Positions 48,201-58,175 of a stretch of 64,000 nucleotides of DNA are shown here, piece after piece. The notes under the pieces were generated by a model. The model had not been told where the DNA came from, did not search any database, and saw only the letters and a program-made list of their open reading frames with translations. Numbering within the stretch: the first letter of the stretch is position 1; each line of letters begins with the position of its first letter. The position numbers were made by a program, and so were the translations under genes. Source of the stretch: Schizochytrium sp. TIO01 (lineage: Eukaryota; Protista; Bigyra: Labyrinthulomycetes); contig SMSO01000005.1 in the NCBI GenBank assembly GCA_004764695.1, positions 1,674,001 through 1,738,000 on the forward strand. Reading direction: 5' to 3'.

Positions 48201-49000
48201 TCCTCATTATCTGCTTCATTATCTCCTTTGTCCTCTTCTTCCTCTTCCTCTTCCTCTTCCTCTTCCTCTTCAATGATTGCCGAGGATGAAATTCCCTTTC
48301 CTCGATGAGTGAAGGGCTTTGGGTCGTTTACTTGGGCAAATAGAACAATTCGAACGTTTTCTGGGAGCGCATCAGGTAGCCACTTCAGCGCAGCAGGCCC
48401 TCCATCTTCTAGCTCAAGTTTCTCAATTCCATCAATAATAAGCACTATACGTCTTGCTCTACGAGATGCTTGTTTCAATGTATTCCCAAATTCCTCAATG
48501 GTATCGTCCTCATCGGGGAAAATTTCCTTTGCAGGGAGCTGAAAGGCATCGATAAGCTCCATGGTCATGGTTTGTAGCAAAAGCGATAGACGTTGGCTTG
48601 AAAATGAGCTGCCTACGAAAATTGCACGGATATATTCTTGCTGCAAGTTTTCCGAAGCGGATGAAGCATGGCTTTGTTCATGATCACGAAGCACTTGCGT
48701 GTCAACCTCACACTGTAAACGATCTGCCCAATAAGCTGCGAGAGATGATTTTCCTGTACAAGCAGGGGCACCAATCAGTAGGGGTTCGACCTCTGCATCG
48801 TCATCTCTGTCAGAACTCTCTTCTGAAGCCCCTTCTTTGTCTTTCTCCAACTGGCAGTAGGCTTCAAGTTTCTCAAGCGCACTCTGTGCAAAAGCCTCGT
48901 GACCCGGCACGAGCCTTTTCAAGAGTTGTGTCTGAAGTTGTTCTTGAAGTGCACTTTCGCGATCAATCCTTGCCGCGAGGTGACGAGTACGTGAAGGCAT
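45197..49000 (-). CDS. NACHT/STAND-type P-loop NTPase protein (NPHP3/NWD/TEP1-like NTPase region), first ORF of a split locus
   Basis: Walker A GAPACTGKSS (48772-48743), Walker B IVLIIDGIEKL, LKWLPDALPENVRIVL, ARYGLTLDEL, and YYEEYPWLL...W..L...IADL typical of the helical region in this group. Acidic inserts including poly-E. Confidence 0.82.
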   Translation of the reverse strand: MPSRTRHLAARIDRESALQEQLQTQLLKRLVPGHEAFAQSALEKLEAYCQLEKDKEGASEESSDRDDDAEVEPLLIGAPACTGKSSLAAYWADRLQCEVDTQVLRDHEQSHASSASENLQQEYIRAIFVGSSFSSQRLSLLLQTMTMELIDAFQLPAKEIFPDEDDTIEEFGNTLKQASRRARRIVLIIDGIEKLELEDGGPAALKWLPDALPENVRIVLFAQVNDPKPFTHRGKGISSSAIIEEEEEEEEEEEEEDKGDNEADNEDKREIKEEKNKAPNSGEEDLESPAQGSGGDLASFSDENNFNDLNESGDESAEASLASDARNRSIEFMHFTNHITEQRAKEIIVAFIKWTAQLALEKNAPSPRLASGQSSSEENPNGIVHDDIASTPQRALALLQIHTDQLAGFAARWKTVSSLFLCLRGIHFAAQLNYDVNELIRKLGETTHSGTHTDASAVIETLMHFFARGNYPTRISVTAAWEAAQSSSLISERSRPSSGVKRPLPSPRELAQYQELCSILTTGEGILENQESKESNSQDDDEYSDEEFEEYEAPKKSIESEESQKILKEMQAFPVYLLGGSKWEPLGDWLYKSLGYIASARYGLTLDELNAVLDEACRKDIEMQEESNKPLQDPVLKMADDSLEDWLLNETMPDSPSSAPPVVPESVKAQLQQVLPCFACKVVGDIFAIMPENKSTHTAVMRVVLASADYAPTESHVERMHANLEYHLYGKLKAEIEEEMTLEKSLNTETTDARKSKKRPCEEDYSRRDTYVWEMGNLPARWRLVLLQVLSAQSKSTSNILLQRYYEEYPWLLASNGRWVGLLGTIADLQAFRIMWNGTRVMRSDLHKYWLQLSSSTTSARNEELVSDTVFAEANDNLTGLSQSFPGLSNNGAHRVPPMGPGEETPLPTTCWLKCDPVEHYTRAVEIEQGRSHVSLEKVRALANATMEICEFLYMFGQDEVSAPEYLHPPLRESRLAGISLELPHGGGTTLEEEARNNHFNRHGWTLDVEATTVKLSVAMAKREEMMNEQHLAQRTQAVSKVDDEEAKHKLLSLQRKQSQFFLLRIDQHARFLAQIQEERAAEGNRFRGNRYGENFYSYQRWVWIHFPWMALYQAYQALANAGGPQDIEAPAVAADVFWLRKKKDPKSDRPPPPKRLTTAKIVLPASLTQSAPSLPSLGSPTTSLGPLSPKALGRFKGDPSLLCQGVGPSHRDAHRLPANEVPYSSPSVRTIRHGTRFPTFEMMQRERPSTDQMSFFNGGFVDPEGD

Positions 49001-50110
49001 TTCGGTGCTTTACGTCCGCTCCCTCTTGCTCAGCGCACCCGCGTGACTAGGATGCTTACTGCGCTGCTGAGCACCAACCTTTCATCACTTTATCCACAAG
49101 AGATAGACTCAAGACTAGAATTATATGTAAAGCTCTAGTTCTTGCGTACTTTTCTTACATGTATTTGCCACTTGAATAGTTGGTAGAGTATTAGAACCTC
49201 AAGGCGTGTTGCATTATCGCTTCAATTGAACATCACTGGCGCACACCTCAACGGACCTATTTTACATCCTAGTACTACTAGTGAAACAGTCACTTTTCAT
49301 TTCTAAACTAAAATAAGAAAAAAAAAACTTGAAGGGAAGATACCAGTATAGAAGAAAATGTCAGAGAATCATTGAGTATATGGAGTACACTGCTAAGATG
49401 TATAGTAGCCCATCAAAAGGTATATGATAAAATGTGATGGTACCAGGGTGGGATATCCTGATGCGGTTTAGTTGAAAACGAACCATATGAAACATCATTC
49501 TGTTTCGTACCAATATTTTGCTATTTTAGCATTTCTGTTGTAATATGATAGGTAGGAAGGCACGCCACTTAAATTCATTGAAAGGAATGCAAAGCAGGAA
49601 AAATTGAGACATGGGAATCTGCGGATTACCAAGTAAAGAATTAGATCAATCAGCTGTACAAATTGACAGCCAAAACAAGCTAACGAAACACAACACACTA
49701 GATCATAGAAGGCAAGGGAGTTGGGGCTACTGAAAGCCTCTCTTGCCTCTTTTTACTACATTTTAGTCAAAGGTACCTTACCTACCGACTAGCTGTATTC
49801 GGCATTTAGGTATGCCAGGAAAGGGCGGCATGACAGCAAGAAGTGGAAAAAGTGCTCATGGAACGAGCAACCTGGAGGGGAGTGGAGGGCAAGGCAAGAA
49901 ATGTTGAATGGGTTGAAAAGGTGAGCGAAGAAATGCACAGAATCCGAGTAAGTAGTAGTGGTGTATCTAATACTAGTCGACAGGAGAATTAGTTTGTAAT
50001 TGTTTTTGTTTTTGTAATTGAAATCGTGGTTGTTGTAACTGATGATGCAGACAAAGTGGCGAATAAGGGCCAGAGCGTCTAGGCCGTTGATAACATGAAA
50101 GAAGTTACAT

Positions 50111-51130
50111 TTAGACACCGCTGTACTTGATACCCATGACGTCACTGAAGAAGGGTACAAGGACGGCCATGAGTGCACCAGATCCACCGAGGTGCATGGC
50201 CTTGAAGCCAAGACCAGCGTAGAGACCTCGGATTCCACTGTGGGCAACAATTTCGCGTGCAACCTGAACATGCTCCATAACACCGTTGATGGAGATTCCG
50301 TACGCAGGGCGTCCAGCCTCGGAGAAGCACTTCTTCTGCACGACACTGCGGACGACATCACCAGGGGCATTCGGGAAAGTAGCAAAGAATCCAGCGAGGA
50401 ATCCAGCGACAAGGGTAGCAATAGAGTTAGGGATTCCGACGTTGACCATGGGGGGCTCCACAGTAGTCTTCCACCACTGGAGGGTGGCGAAGAAGGTTCC
50501 GGTCCAAAAGCACTGACGCCACTGCATGCCGGCCCAGCCAACGTAGAGACCGTTGATACCACGAGTCTTGACCATTTCCCGCATGAAAATGCGTGAGTTG
50601 TTTTTGTACTTGTTGTCAACGTCGAGCTGCATTGCGATCTTGGCCACTTCGAGAGGGCTGATCATGATGATCTCAGGCACCGTGGCGAGGGCACCTGCAA
50701 TAGCCTTTTGGCCTACAGAGCAGTCCTTGACGGGCTTGCCGTGAAGGTTGTTACAGATAATGGGGAAAAAGAAGAACTTGGACACACGCATGATCGTGGA
50801 CTTGGCGATCTCAGGCAAGACACCCTTGGACACGAAGCCCTTAACTCCAAACTTGCGGTAGTACGCGCCCACGGAGAAGGGTTCTTTCGAGCCTGCAGAG
50901 GCCATCGTCAGAGCACGCATGACATCTACGGGGTACATGAGCACAGCGGTAGCTACAGCAGCGCTTGTCAGCGGCGCGAGCGTCGCGACGGCGCTCTGCT
51001 GCCCAGAGTACGCGACCACAGGCGCCAAGGTCGAAGATTTAGAGGCAGCCATGGGCGCCGGTGAAGAGACGAGACCGCAGGTCTTCTGGGCGTCGAGGCG
51101 GGCGCCCACGAGGTCGCGGAGGTTCATCAT
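50111..51130 (-). CDS. Mitochondrial carrier (SLC25), closest in motifs to the 2-oxodicarboxylate carrier (ODC/SLC25A21), 339 aa
   Basis: Three Px[DE]xx[KR] signatures (PVDVMR, PLEVAK, PGDVVR), plus KGVLPEI, GLYVGW and GLYAGLGFKAMHLG. ATG is in AAAATG context. The substrate assignment is tentative. Confidence 0.92.
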   Translation of the reverse strand: MMNLRDLVGARLDAQKTCGLVSSPAPMAASKSSTLAPVVAYSGQQSAVATLAPLTSAAVATAVLMYPVDVMRALTMASAGSKEPFSVGAYYRKFGVKGFVSKGVLPEIAKSTIMRVSKFFFFPIICNNLHGKPVKDCSVGQKAIAGALATVPEIIMISPLEVAKIAMQLDVDNKYKNNSRIFMREMVKTRGINGLYVGWAGMQWRQCFWTGTFFATLQWWKTTVEPPMVNVGIPNSIATLVAGFLAGFFATFPNAPGDVVRSVVQKKCFSEAGRPAYGISINGVMEHVQVAREIVAHSGIRGLYAGLGFKAMHLGGSGALMAVLVPFFSDVMGIKYSGV

Positions 51131-53109
51131 TTTTTAGGAGGTGGCGAGGGGTTCGGGGCACGAGGGGGGAGCTGGCGGGATCAAGCAGCACAGTGGGGTG
51201 CGAGCAGCCCAAGGGAGTTTGCAGTTTGAAGTTTGATCGCGTGTATCATTGAGTTTGGATCATTTCCAACAACATCCAAACTAAAGAAAAAAAACAAAAA
51301 ACAAAAAACAAAAAAACAGTGAAAGAAGTAATGCTATCTACTGTTATAGTTTATGCTATCTCCCAAAGCTAAAAAACAATAATTGCGCTTGAAATGGAAA
51401 CGAAAGCCAAAGATGTCCAACTCAAAGCGCCGTGAAATGAGGCCATAAGCTGTAGAGTATCCACGGCCAGGCTTCAATGAGGGCGTCTTAACGAACGGAA
51501 CACGCCTTGATCTTTGCCCTTCCGCACCTTTCTCTCTCAGAGCTCGCCACGCGAGTGACTTCTTCTTCAAGCAGAGTGGGTATTCACTTATTACAAATCT
51601 CTTTCTTTCTTTCTGATTCCCTAATCAATCCCTTCGGCTACTGCCCACATAGCCGAAACTATAGGCCCTCAAAGAGCAGACTGAGGCGTCTCTTTTACAA
51701 TATTCATTGATTCCTTTACAATCAATTCAGGAAAAGAAAGAAAGAAAGAAAGAAAGATTTGACGAAATAAAATGAAACAAAGTCACTAAAAGCACATCAC
51801 AGAATCCTTAGAATCAATCGACGATCGATCTCTCTCCCTCTCTCTCCGTGGCGATAGGACCTGCGTGCCTGCTCGTCCACCTCGCAAAGGTCACACGGAT
51901 ATATATCAGCACCCGCCGTATCACAGCTCGTCGAGAGAGCCTCAGCGTCGCGCTGCCAATTCGGCATTGAGTCCCAACTAAGTAAGTAATAACGCACAGA
52001 AGAGCCGTGAAATCCTCTTTCCGTGGATACTTCATAGAACTTCTCACACCTCCAAAACAGCATACTAATACACATACTGGGAGACCTTTGGGGCGCGGGC
52101 ACTAGTGGCTTGCTATGGGAAAGGATAGGAGTGGACCTTATGTTCCTTAGCAGTAAGTAGTACTTTGGGCATTTATTTATTTATTCGTTTGCTTTGTTTC
52201 AAGAAGGACCTGGAGAGGGTAGGACGGCGCAGTTCCTGTGGAGCGAAGGCGAATGTGGCGTAGATGTAGACGAGCAGGAGAGGCGCAGGACCAAAAGTCG
52301 GGGGAGGGGTTCGAGGGAGGGCAAGGAAGCGGCGCAAACAATCAGGTCGAAAATCGATGACCGGGTCGGCGAGAGAAGTGAAGTTTGGGGCATTTCAAGT
52401 CTCGAAAACGCAATTTCTATACTGCCACATGCGCTGCAGAGCTCGGAGAAGGCCCAAGTTTGGCATGGGCATAGAGACACATGTGCTTGAGACTCTGACA
52501 AAATATCAGCTTCATTGCCCCAGTGCAAGCCTCGCTACGGGGGAACATGTGGCATTCTGGGAGGCCAATTTGCCCTCGGCGCAGATGCAGAAATCATGAG
52601 ACAGTTTCCCATAACCGCAATTGATGACGTCGCGGGAAAAACTGCGCGTCGATACACAGCATCCAATATTAAACTCCGCATCAGCTCATGCTCAGGTGCT
52701 CTTGGAATGCACCATCGACCCACAATTGCTCCAATCTTGATGCAGTTAGTGTCATTCCCTCAGAAACCGCCTCTCGGTTCACCTCAATTTCACCAAAGCT
52801 TTTGCAAAAGTTTCTGGGAATCGCGCAATTAAACCTTTGGCCCGGAATTCCGGGAGCTCAACTGCCATAGTTTTCTATTGGTTCTGAAGCTGCCCCATTT
52901 GAAAGGTGGTATTGTCAGTGGGAGGGGGTTATAGTGCAACCTTTTATTTAAGAGGCTCAAACAAAAGGCTTATATAGGTAAAGAGGTCTATAAAGAGACT
53001 TATTGAAGAAGGGCGATATCGTGGTGGAGACCAATGGAGAGCGCGACAAAGTAGAATCTGGGAGCGGAATCGTAAAGGTGGAGACTGTCTGCAAAGAACT
53101 TGGGAAATA

Positions 53110-54395
53110 ATGCCGCAGGTTTCGGAGGGAGAACGCACGTTTCTGGAGGCTGGAGCCTCGCAGGGCGTACGTGCTGATGGCAGAGGACCGCTGGACCTCC
53201 GGCATCTGGTGCTCCGCAAGGGCGTGGTGGACTTTGCTAATGGGTCTGCACTCCTCGAACGGGCCTACACTAGCGCACAGGTTCTCGCATGTGTTAAGGT
53301 GAGTTGACAATTTGCAAAAACAATATGTAGATTACCTGAACTAGAAAAGCTCAAAGGTAAATTGGGTGGTGGCAGGAAGCTACAAAGCATGCTCACGCCT
53401 ATGCTCACATCGCTGGCCATTCCTGCTCAAGTATGGCCATGTGTGTATGGAGATTTTAGCGCGAAGGCTTTAAGTGGTCTCCGAATGAAAAAAGCATTCG
53501 TGTCGATTAATGTTTGAGGAACACCAAAAGTTGTGTGGAATAATTAAGACATGGAGAGCGAGTCGCTTGCAGAGAAGCTTATGACTCTAGGGTATTGAGA
53601 GAGGTATTTAGCGAAGATATCAATCATTGATTGAGTTGGTTTTGGTTTGATAATTAATAGTGAAGTTGAGAAACTGACGAATTCTGCGTGCATTGATTTT
53701 TTTGGTTTTGAATAATGGTGGATTTAATTGAACAGCTTGAGGTGACTGATCTTGAGGATGCACAACGCACTGGTCATGGTACTTCCCGTTTTGATGTCAC
53801 TGTGGATTGTACAGCAATCGAGGCTCGCGAAGAAGATGCATCATTGCGTCGTCTTCGGGACTATTCGCGGTACTTGAGTGACCTTCTTGATGAACAACTT
53901 CAGGAGATGGTGTCTGGACGTGAACACCTGCTGGATGTGATTACGGACAAGTTTATGTGGACCATCAACTTGGATGTGGTTGTGCTGGGAACTGACGGCA
54001 ACCTCCCGGACTTGATTTCCTTGGCTGCATACGCTGCATTGAGTGATGCACGGATGCCTGCCATTGAGGTGCTTGACGGCGAGAGTGGTAACAAAGATTT
54101 CCAGGTTGACTCTGATCCTCAGGGTGCTAAACCACTTCCTCGTGAACTCCTTGAAAACATGCCTATCCGTATCTCTCTTTACCGCGTTGCCAAATCTATG
54201 ATTGTTGATGTGTCTGAAGAGGAGGACATTTGCTCTGAATTGGCCATGTCAGTGCTGGTTAACCGTCATGGTGCAATCTGTGGATCTCACATTGACCGTG
54301 CTGGTCGTCTTCCTCTTGTGGAGGTGGGCGCTCATTTTGGCACTGCGTGCCAGATTGGCGCAGAATTGTTCAAACTCTTGGATGCCAACCTCTAA
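53110..54395 (+). CDS. EXOSC7: Exosome complex RNase PH-like subunit RRP42; exons 53110-53298 and 53736-54395 (282 aa)
   Basis: Exon 1 reads VSEGERTFLEAG...VRADGRGPLDLR...ANGSA...VLACVK. The phase-0 intron 53299-53735 has a GTGAGT donor, ACTGAC branch (53673) and AACAG acceptor. Exon 2 reads WTINLDVVVLGTDGNLPDLISLAAYAALSDARMP and IVDVSEEEDIC. Confidence 0.9.
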
Positions 54396-55536
54396 AGATG
54401 TTGACGTTGAAATATACGAGTCTAACCCTCGGCGTCGTGGTATGGCATGGTCATCTTAGAATATCTAGCATATTTCCTGGATATGTTGTCTTTACCATCT
54501 GAGTTTGGAATCTCGTTGCCACGTCAATGCCCCAAGTCTATATGTTGGTCTGCTATAGATGCCCCTCCCTTCGACCGCAACACACCAACTTGCTAGTTAT
54601 CAGTTTAGCAAGCAAACAAAACATTACAACCTTCAATTCTCTCCCACATACACAAACAAACACGTGGCCTCGCTCATATAGTGCTCAGGATCACCACCGA
54701 AAAGGACACATTCATTTCGTGGTTCGTTTCTTCAATATGCTTTGGTTGTTGAAACCTTTGTCTAGTGCGATAGCACCAGTCATCTCTCTGTTCAAAGATA
54801 ATTTAAGCACTCTTGCGCATTTGGAAAGAGAAGAAACGACAGAATCTTGAGGACAGGTTGGAAACCACATAATTAATTCCAACTAGATAACTTTTCGTTC
54901 AAGCTTAAACAAATACTGGCCAGAGGTCCAGGAAAATTCAAGGTTTCGAGCTGCTATGACCCCTCCGAATATGTCTTTCTATTCATATCATATGTCCAGG
55001 GAAAGGAAGCACACTTCTTGAAGACGGAAAGCATGACGTTAAGTAATTTACAACAAGAATGGCTGAGCAGTAGCGAAGCCAGAATAACACGAAACCAAGA
55101 TACATCAGTCGCAGACATGTAATTAATTTTAGGTAGTCTAAAAGAGAAAACAATACACAACTACACGTACATTGATAGTCATATGTGACAAAACTAGTAA
55201 AGTAAGCAAGTCCGCGATATACATACATGCGAGGCTTGCTTATGATTGCTGAGATCCACACAGGGTTTCATTTTCTTCCACGATAGCTAAAATAGGAATC
55301 GAACTTCACACAAACGTTGGGTGATAGGCGAGAGAAGAGAGAAGAAAATTGGCAGCAAAAAGGAGGTGGATAAAGTAGACAACGAAATGAAGCAGCGAAA
55401 GTAGCAATGCTAATAGGGAGATATAGTGCGAGACTGACCTACACTAATCTCACAGGTAACTAAAACACAGATTTTGAAATAGAGCAATCCAGTAAACTCC
55501 AACAAAATTACAAGGGCAGATGCACACTGTATGATC

Positions 55537-57429
55537 TTAACGCTTGGCTTGAGACTTCCGTTTAGATTTGCGCTGCGAGCGAGATCGATGGTGGCCCTCC
55601 TCGTCTTCATCAGAGTAATAGTGTGAATCGGTATCCTCTTCGTCTCCTTCATGGAGATCTTCCAAAGGATTCTTTCTTGAAACATTTGTGCCGTCCTCTT
55701 CGTCAGGATGCAAGAAATGATCTAGCTGATCAGCACGACGCGGACCCATGCTAAGGCTCCGAGAGGAACCAAAGTTGAGAAATTGCTCAACAACTGCAAA
55801 ACTCGAACTCTTATCTGTACGACGAGGGCTTTCAATTGAGGCCGAATCTTCATCTTCCTCTTCGCTTCCTGGTGTTCGGCGCCACGAAAACAAATTGCGG
55901 CGCTTGCTATGGTGGACAGGGTAGGCACCCGACAATTCACGGTCGTCGCCCATAAATCGAATCTTACCATCTTCGTCATGTCCAGAAATAGGTGCAGATC
56001 CACGTGCAGGAAAAGATCGATGGCGGCGGTCATCTCTAGCGCGATCTGCTTCATCTGCATTGCTTGCTCTATGCAAGAAGGTACCGACCCGCTCCAGGTT
56101 CGACTCCACTTCGCTAAGCAAAAACTCGAGCGGAATCCAGCGACCTGTGACTGCACCGTAAGGTGAAAGGTTGTTGAATTCCTGGTAGCGGCGAAAGGAT
56201 TCCCGTCTCGTTTCATCCGCCAACACTGAGTCACCGACGCTGATTGAACCAGCTCCAGTATGAGCTGTAAGTGCGTTGTTGGTGGCACTTTCCACGTCTT
56301 CTGACATGGACCCAGATCCTGTAGTGTCAGGAATACACTTGCCCTCAGACTCAAGAATGATAAGCTCCTCTGGAGTACGACTTTTGTGCTTTGCTAAACC
56401 GAGCACACCAATGATGAGGATTACCACACCAATAGGAAAGAAAATTGTCTGCAGGTGGTTGAAGTTGCGAAACTCTCCAAAATAAGCAGCACCGGCAATA
56501 ATTGTGAAGGAGACGAATACACTCTGGAAGACGGGAACAATGACGACAGCGTCAAACTCACTAAGGGCAACAGCGAGCCAGTGAATCTGGCCGAGAATTG
56601 CAAGAAACATGGCAATGATAATCAGATAGGTGACATAGTTGCTGAATTCGTGGTTGCCGCGAGCTGTTGATTTAAGGATTTCAATTGTACTTTTGGCAAA
56701 GAGAACAGATTGAGCGCCAATAAGACCAGAAAGAAGGGCGCAAAGAAGAGGAAGGATAGAGCAGAGACGCTTGTAAAACCATGATTCAGTCTTCTCTCCG
56801 TCTTGCATTGCCTTGGCTCTTTTCCGCAAAATCACGACGGCCACGTACACGAGCACAATAAGGCCACCCACCAAGACAGCATACGGAATGAAAGCAGTGC
56901 GCTTGTACAGGCACTTGAGTGAGTCTAGGGTGTAGCACTGGTTACTTTTGTCCGCAAATGCAGCGATGAGCACAATACCAGCAATGATTGCGAAGGTAGA
57001 GATAATGTCGAGTCGTGTGATGCTCTCGCCAAGCCAGAAGTTGGCAAAGAACAAGTTAGCCACCATTGTAAACCCTCCCACGGGTGTGATGAGACTCTGT
57101 GCAGCAAAACCTAAAGCTGCAAAGTCAAGAATAGCACCAACGATGACACCAAGAAGACCGAGGAGCCAAAAGGGCTGTTTCGCGTACGGCCTTGAGCGAC
57201 CATGTACAACCTCCTGAATCATGGAGTACTTTTGTGTGTTCACACCAAAGTTACTCAGGACGGAGCCAAGAATACTAATGATCACACCAATGTACCATTG
57301 GTCCTCGCTATCGTCGCTGCTGCCGCACTGATCTGCTGATGGTAAACAGTACTCATCGAGGCCTGTATCAGAGGCGTTCGAGGCCAAGAAGCGGAAGGCC
57401 TCAAAGACCAATTCCTCGGGGCTCGCCAT
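55537..57429 (-). CDS. NIPA-family (DUF803) putative Mg2+ transporter with a long acidic C-terminal tail, 630 aa
   Basis: IGVIISILGSVLSNFGVNTQK, FWLLGLLG, DFAALGFAAQSLITPVGG, LGESIT, GAQSVLFAKS and ALSEFDAVVIVPVF. About nine hydrophobic helices. Confidence 0.92.
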   Translation of the reverse strand: MASPEELVFEAFRFLASNASDTGLDEYCLPSADQCGSSDDSEDQWYIGVIISILGSVLSNFGVNTQKYSMIQEVVHGRSRPYAKQPFWLLGLLGVIVGAILDFAALGFAAQSLITPVGGFTMVANLFFANFWLGESITRLDIISTFAIIAGIVLIAAFADKSNQCYTLDSLKCLYKRTAFIPYAVLVGGLIVLVYVAVVILRKRAKAMQDGEKTESWFYKRLCSILPLLCALLSGLIGAQSVLFAKSTIEILKSTARGNHEFSNYVTYLIIIAMFLAILGQIHWLAVALSEFDAVVIVPVFQSVFVSFTIIAGAAYFGEFRNFNHLQTIFFPIGVVILIIGVLGLAKHKSRTPEELIILESEGKCIPDTTGSGSMSEDVESATNNALTAHTGAGSISVGDSVLADETRRESFRRYQEFNNLSPYGAVTGRWIPLEFLLSEVESNLERVGTFLHRASNADEADRARDDRRHRSFPARGSAPISGHDEDGKIRFMGDDRELSGAYPVHHSKRRNLFSWRRTPGSEEEDEDSASIESPRRTDKSSSFAVVEQFLNFGSSRSLSMGPRRADQLDHFLHPDEEDGTNVSRKNPLEDLHEGDEEDTDSHYYSDEDEEGHHRSRSQRKSKRKSQAKR

Positions 57430-58112
57430 CGGGTTGTGTATCTATCGGAATGGAATTCTGCTTTGCTGCTAGTCTTATCTAGCCAGCTCTTTCGCCTCTT
57501 GCAGAGAAGCAAGAGACTTGCGTGGAACCTGTAATAGTTCGAGGTCTGACTATATACAGGCCAGCCTCGCGCCTCAACGAGTGAACGCCCGCTTTACACA
57601 AATAGGATACCAGTGGGGCAATACGGAAGTCTACCACACAGCTCTAATTGTGATCAAAGCGTCAGCGCAAGTAGCGAACAGTCTTCAGCGCCACTACCAA
57701 CCGCGAGCCGAGATTCTAACTTCGCTTTCTCAAAAATTCCAGGATGTTCAATGCAGCGCGTGCAGTTCACGCGAGTTACGTCTGCTTCTTGGTCCTCAAG
57801 ACCAACGAAGTTGTCTCTATCTCACAACAGGTAATGAGATAGCTAATCGACAAATTACGCCTATGCTAATAACTTTTGCCAGCAATTCTTCTGAGATTCT
57901 GGCAAACTCGAGGCCACCGATTGAATGAAGTAGAAGGTTGTAGTGTTGTGCAAGGATACACACAGCTCTGCTCAAAGTCAGAACCCGCAAAACCCGCTCT
58001 CGGCTGTGTGTGCTCCTCGTGGCCCGGCCCGCGCCTTGTGGCAACAACCCAGTTTGGTTGCCTGGATGTGTCAATGTGGAGAGAGTTGGACAAAGTCCTT
58101 AGCGAATGCTTT

Positions 58113-58114
58113 TT

Positions 58115-58172
<58 letters not shown>
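58113..58172. repeat. (TTTC)n microsatellite
   Basis: Directly visible. Confidence 0.95.

Positions 58173-58175
<3 letters not shown>

Noticed and set aside
49789-50619. 276-aa alternative-frame ORF overlapping the carrier
   Set aside because: Ser-rich off-frame shadow of biased codons that runs into the 3' UTR.
53715-53735. ATG at 53715 as the start of a stand-alone 226-aa gene
   Set aside because: It lies inside the intron. The RRP42 N-terminus is encoded by exon 53110-53298.
55280-55345. GTTCGATTC T-loop-like motif on the minus strand, possible tRNA
   Set aside because: The T-stem does not pair and no acceptor, D or anticodon arms form.
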